Source: Diplonema japonicum (lineage: Eukaryota; Protista; Euglenozoa: Diplonemea). Taken from it: 64,000 nt of DNA. The position numbers were made by a program, and so were the translations under genes. Under the pieces are notes generated by a model that was not told where the DNA came from, did no database searches, and saw nothing but the letters and a program-made list of their open reading frames with translations. This document shows positions 63,852 to 64,000 of the stretch, one piece after another (position 1 is the stretch's first letter; each line of letters begins with the position of its first letter). The stretch lies in assembly GCA_964019335.1 (NCBI GenBank), contig OZ025730.1, positions 186,001-250,000 of the forward strand, given 5' to 3'.

Positions 63852-64000
63852 TTAATCTATCTCTTCCTCCCGTTCCATAACATCCTTGCTGTCTTCCGCC
63901 CAGAGTGCCATGTTGTCACGGATTAGTTGCATGATCAACGTGGATTCCTTGTAGGCCTCCTCGTCCAAGGATTCCAGCTCAGGGACAGCTTGATCGAATG
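63852..64000 (-). CDS. 14-3-3 protein, C-terminal fragment (gene starts beyond the window)
   Basis: Manual translation [48 protein letters not shown] matches the 14-3-3 helix 9 signature. Confidence 0.92.
   Translation of the reverse strand, partial: FDQAVPELESLDEEAYKESTLIMQLIRDNMALWAEDSKDVMEREEEID

Noticed and set aside
1-64000. tRNA, rRNA, SL RNA or snRNA genes; stop-codon reassignment
   Set aside because: No recognisable signatures found by eye, and every interrupted frame is resolved by a canonical intron. A covariance-model scan would be needed to exclude divergent RNAs.

Overview
Eukaryotic nuclear DNA, most likely from a euglenozoan and probably a diplonemid-type lineage. The evidence is an RPA1 motif GKRVNQACRSVISPD, a BILBO1-domain protein, one-directional gene clustering, and frequent short GT-AG cis-introns (unlike trypanosomatids). 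All 25 supported protein genes lie on the minus strand. They include RPA1, a DEDD exonuclease, a nucleoplasmin-like protein, a twin-CX9C protein, CFAP57, BILBO1-like, TRAPPC9, RNase HII, an ABCC transporter, GlyRS, a SET methyltransferase, HMCES, NAA38, a peptidase M64-tetraspanin fusion, PWP2, NNT and 14-3-3. Spacers are dominated by A/T/G/C homopolymers. Ten 33-68 nt introns were reconstructed by hand. The most striking non-coding signal is a ~270-bp dispersed repeat (two copies, sense to the genes) whose first ~140 nt fold into a complete HDV-like self-cleaving ribozyme, with similarity starting exactly at the predicted cleavage site. Also notable are a family of hairpin/subterminal-inverted-repeat DNA elements with covarying stems, poly(A)-filled micro-introns with no pyrimidine tract, and a candidate ACG-initiated mitochondrial presequence on GlyRS. 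All calls are by eye; no searches or folding programs were run.
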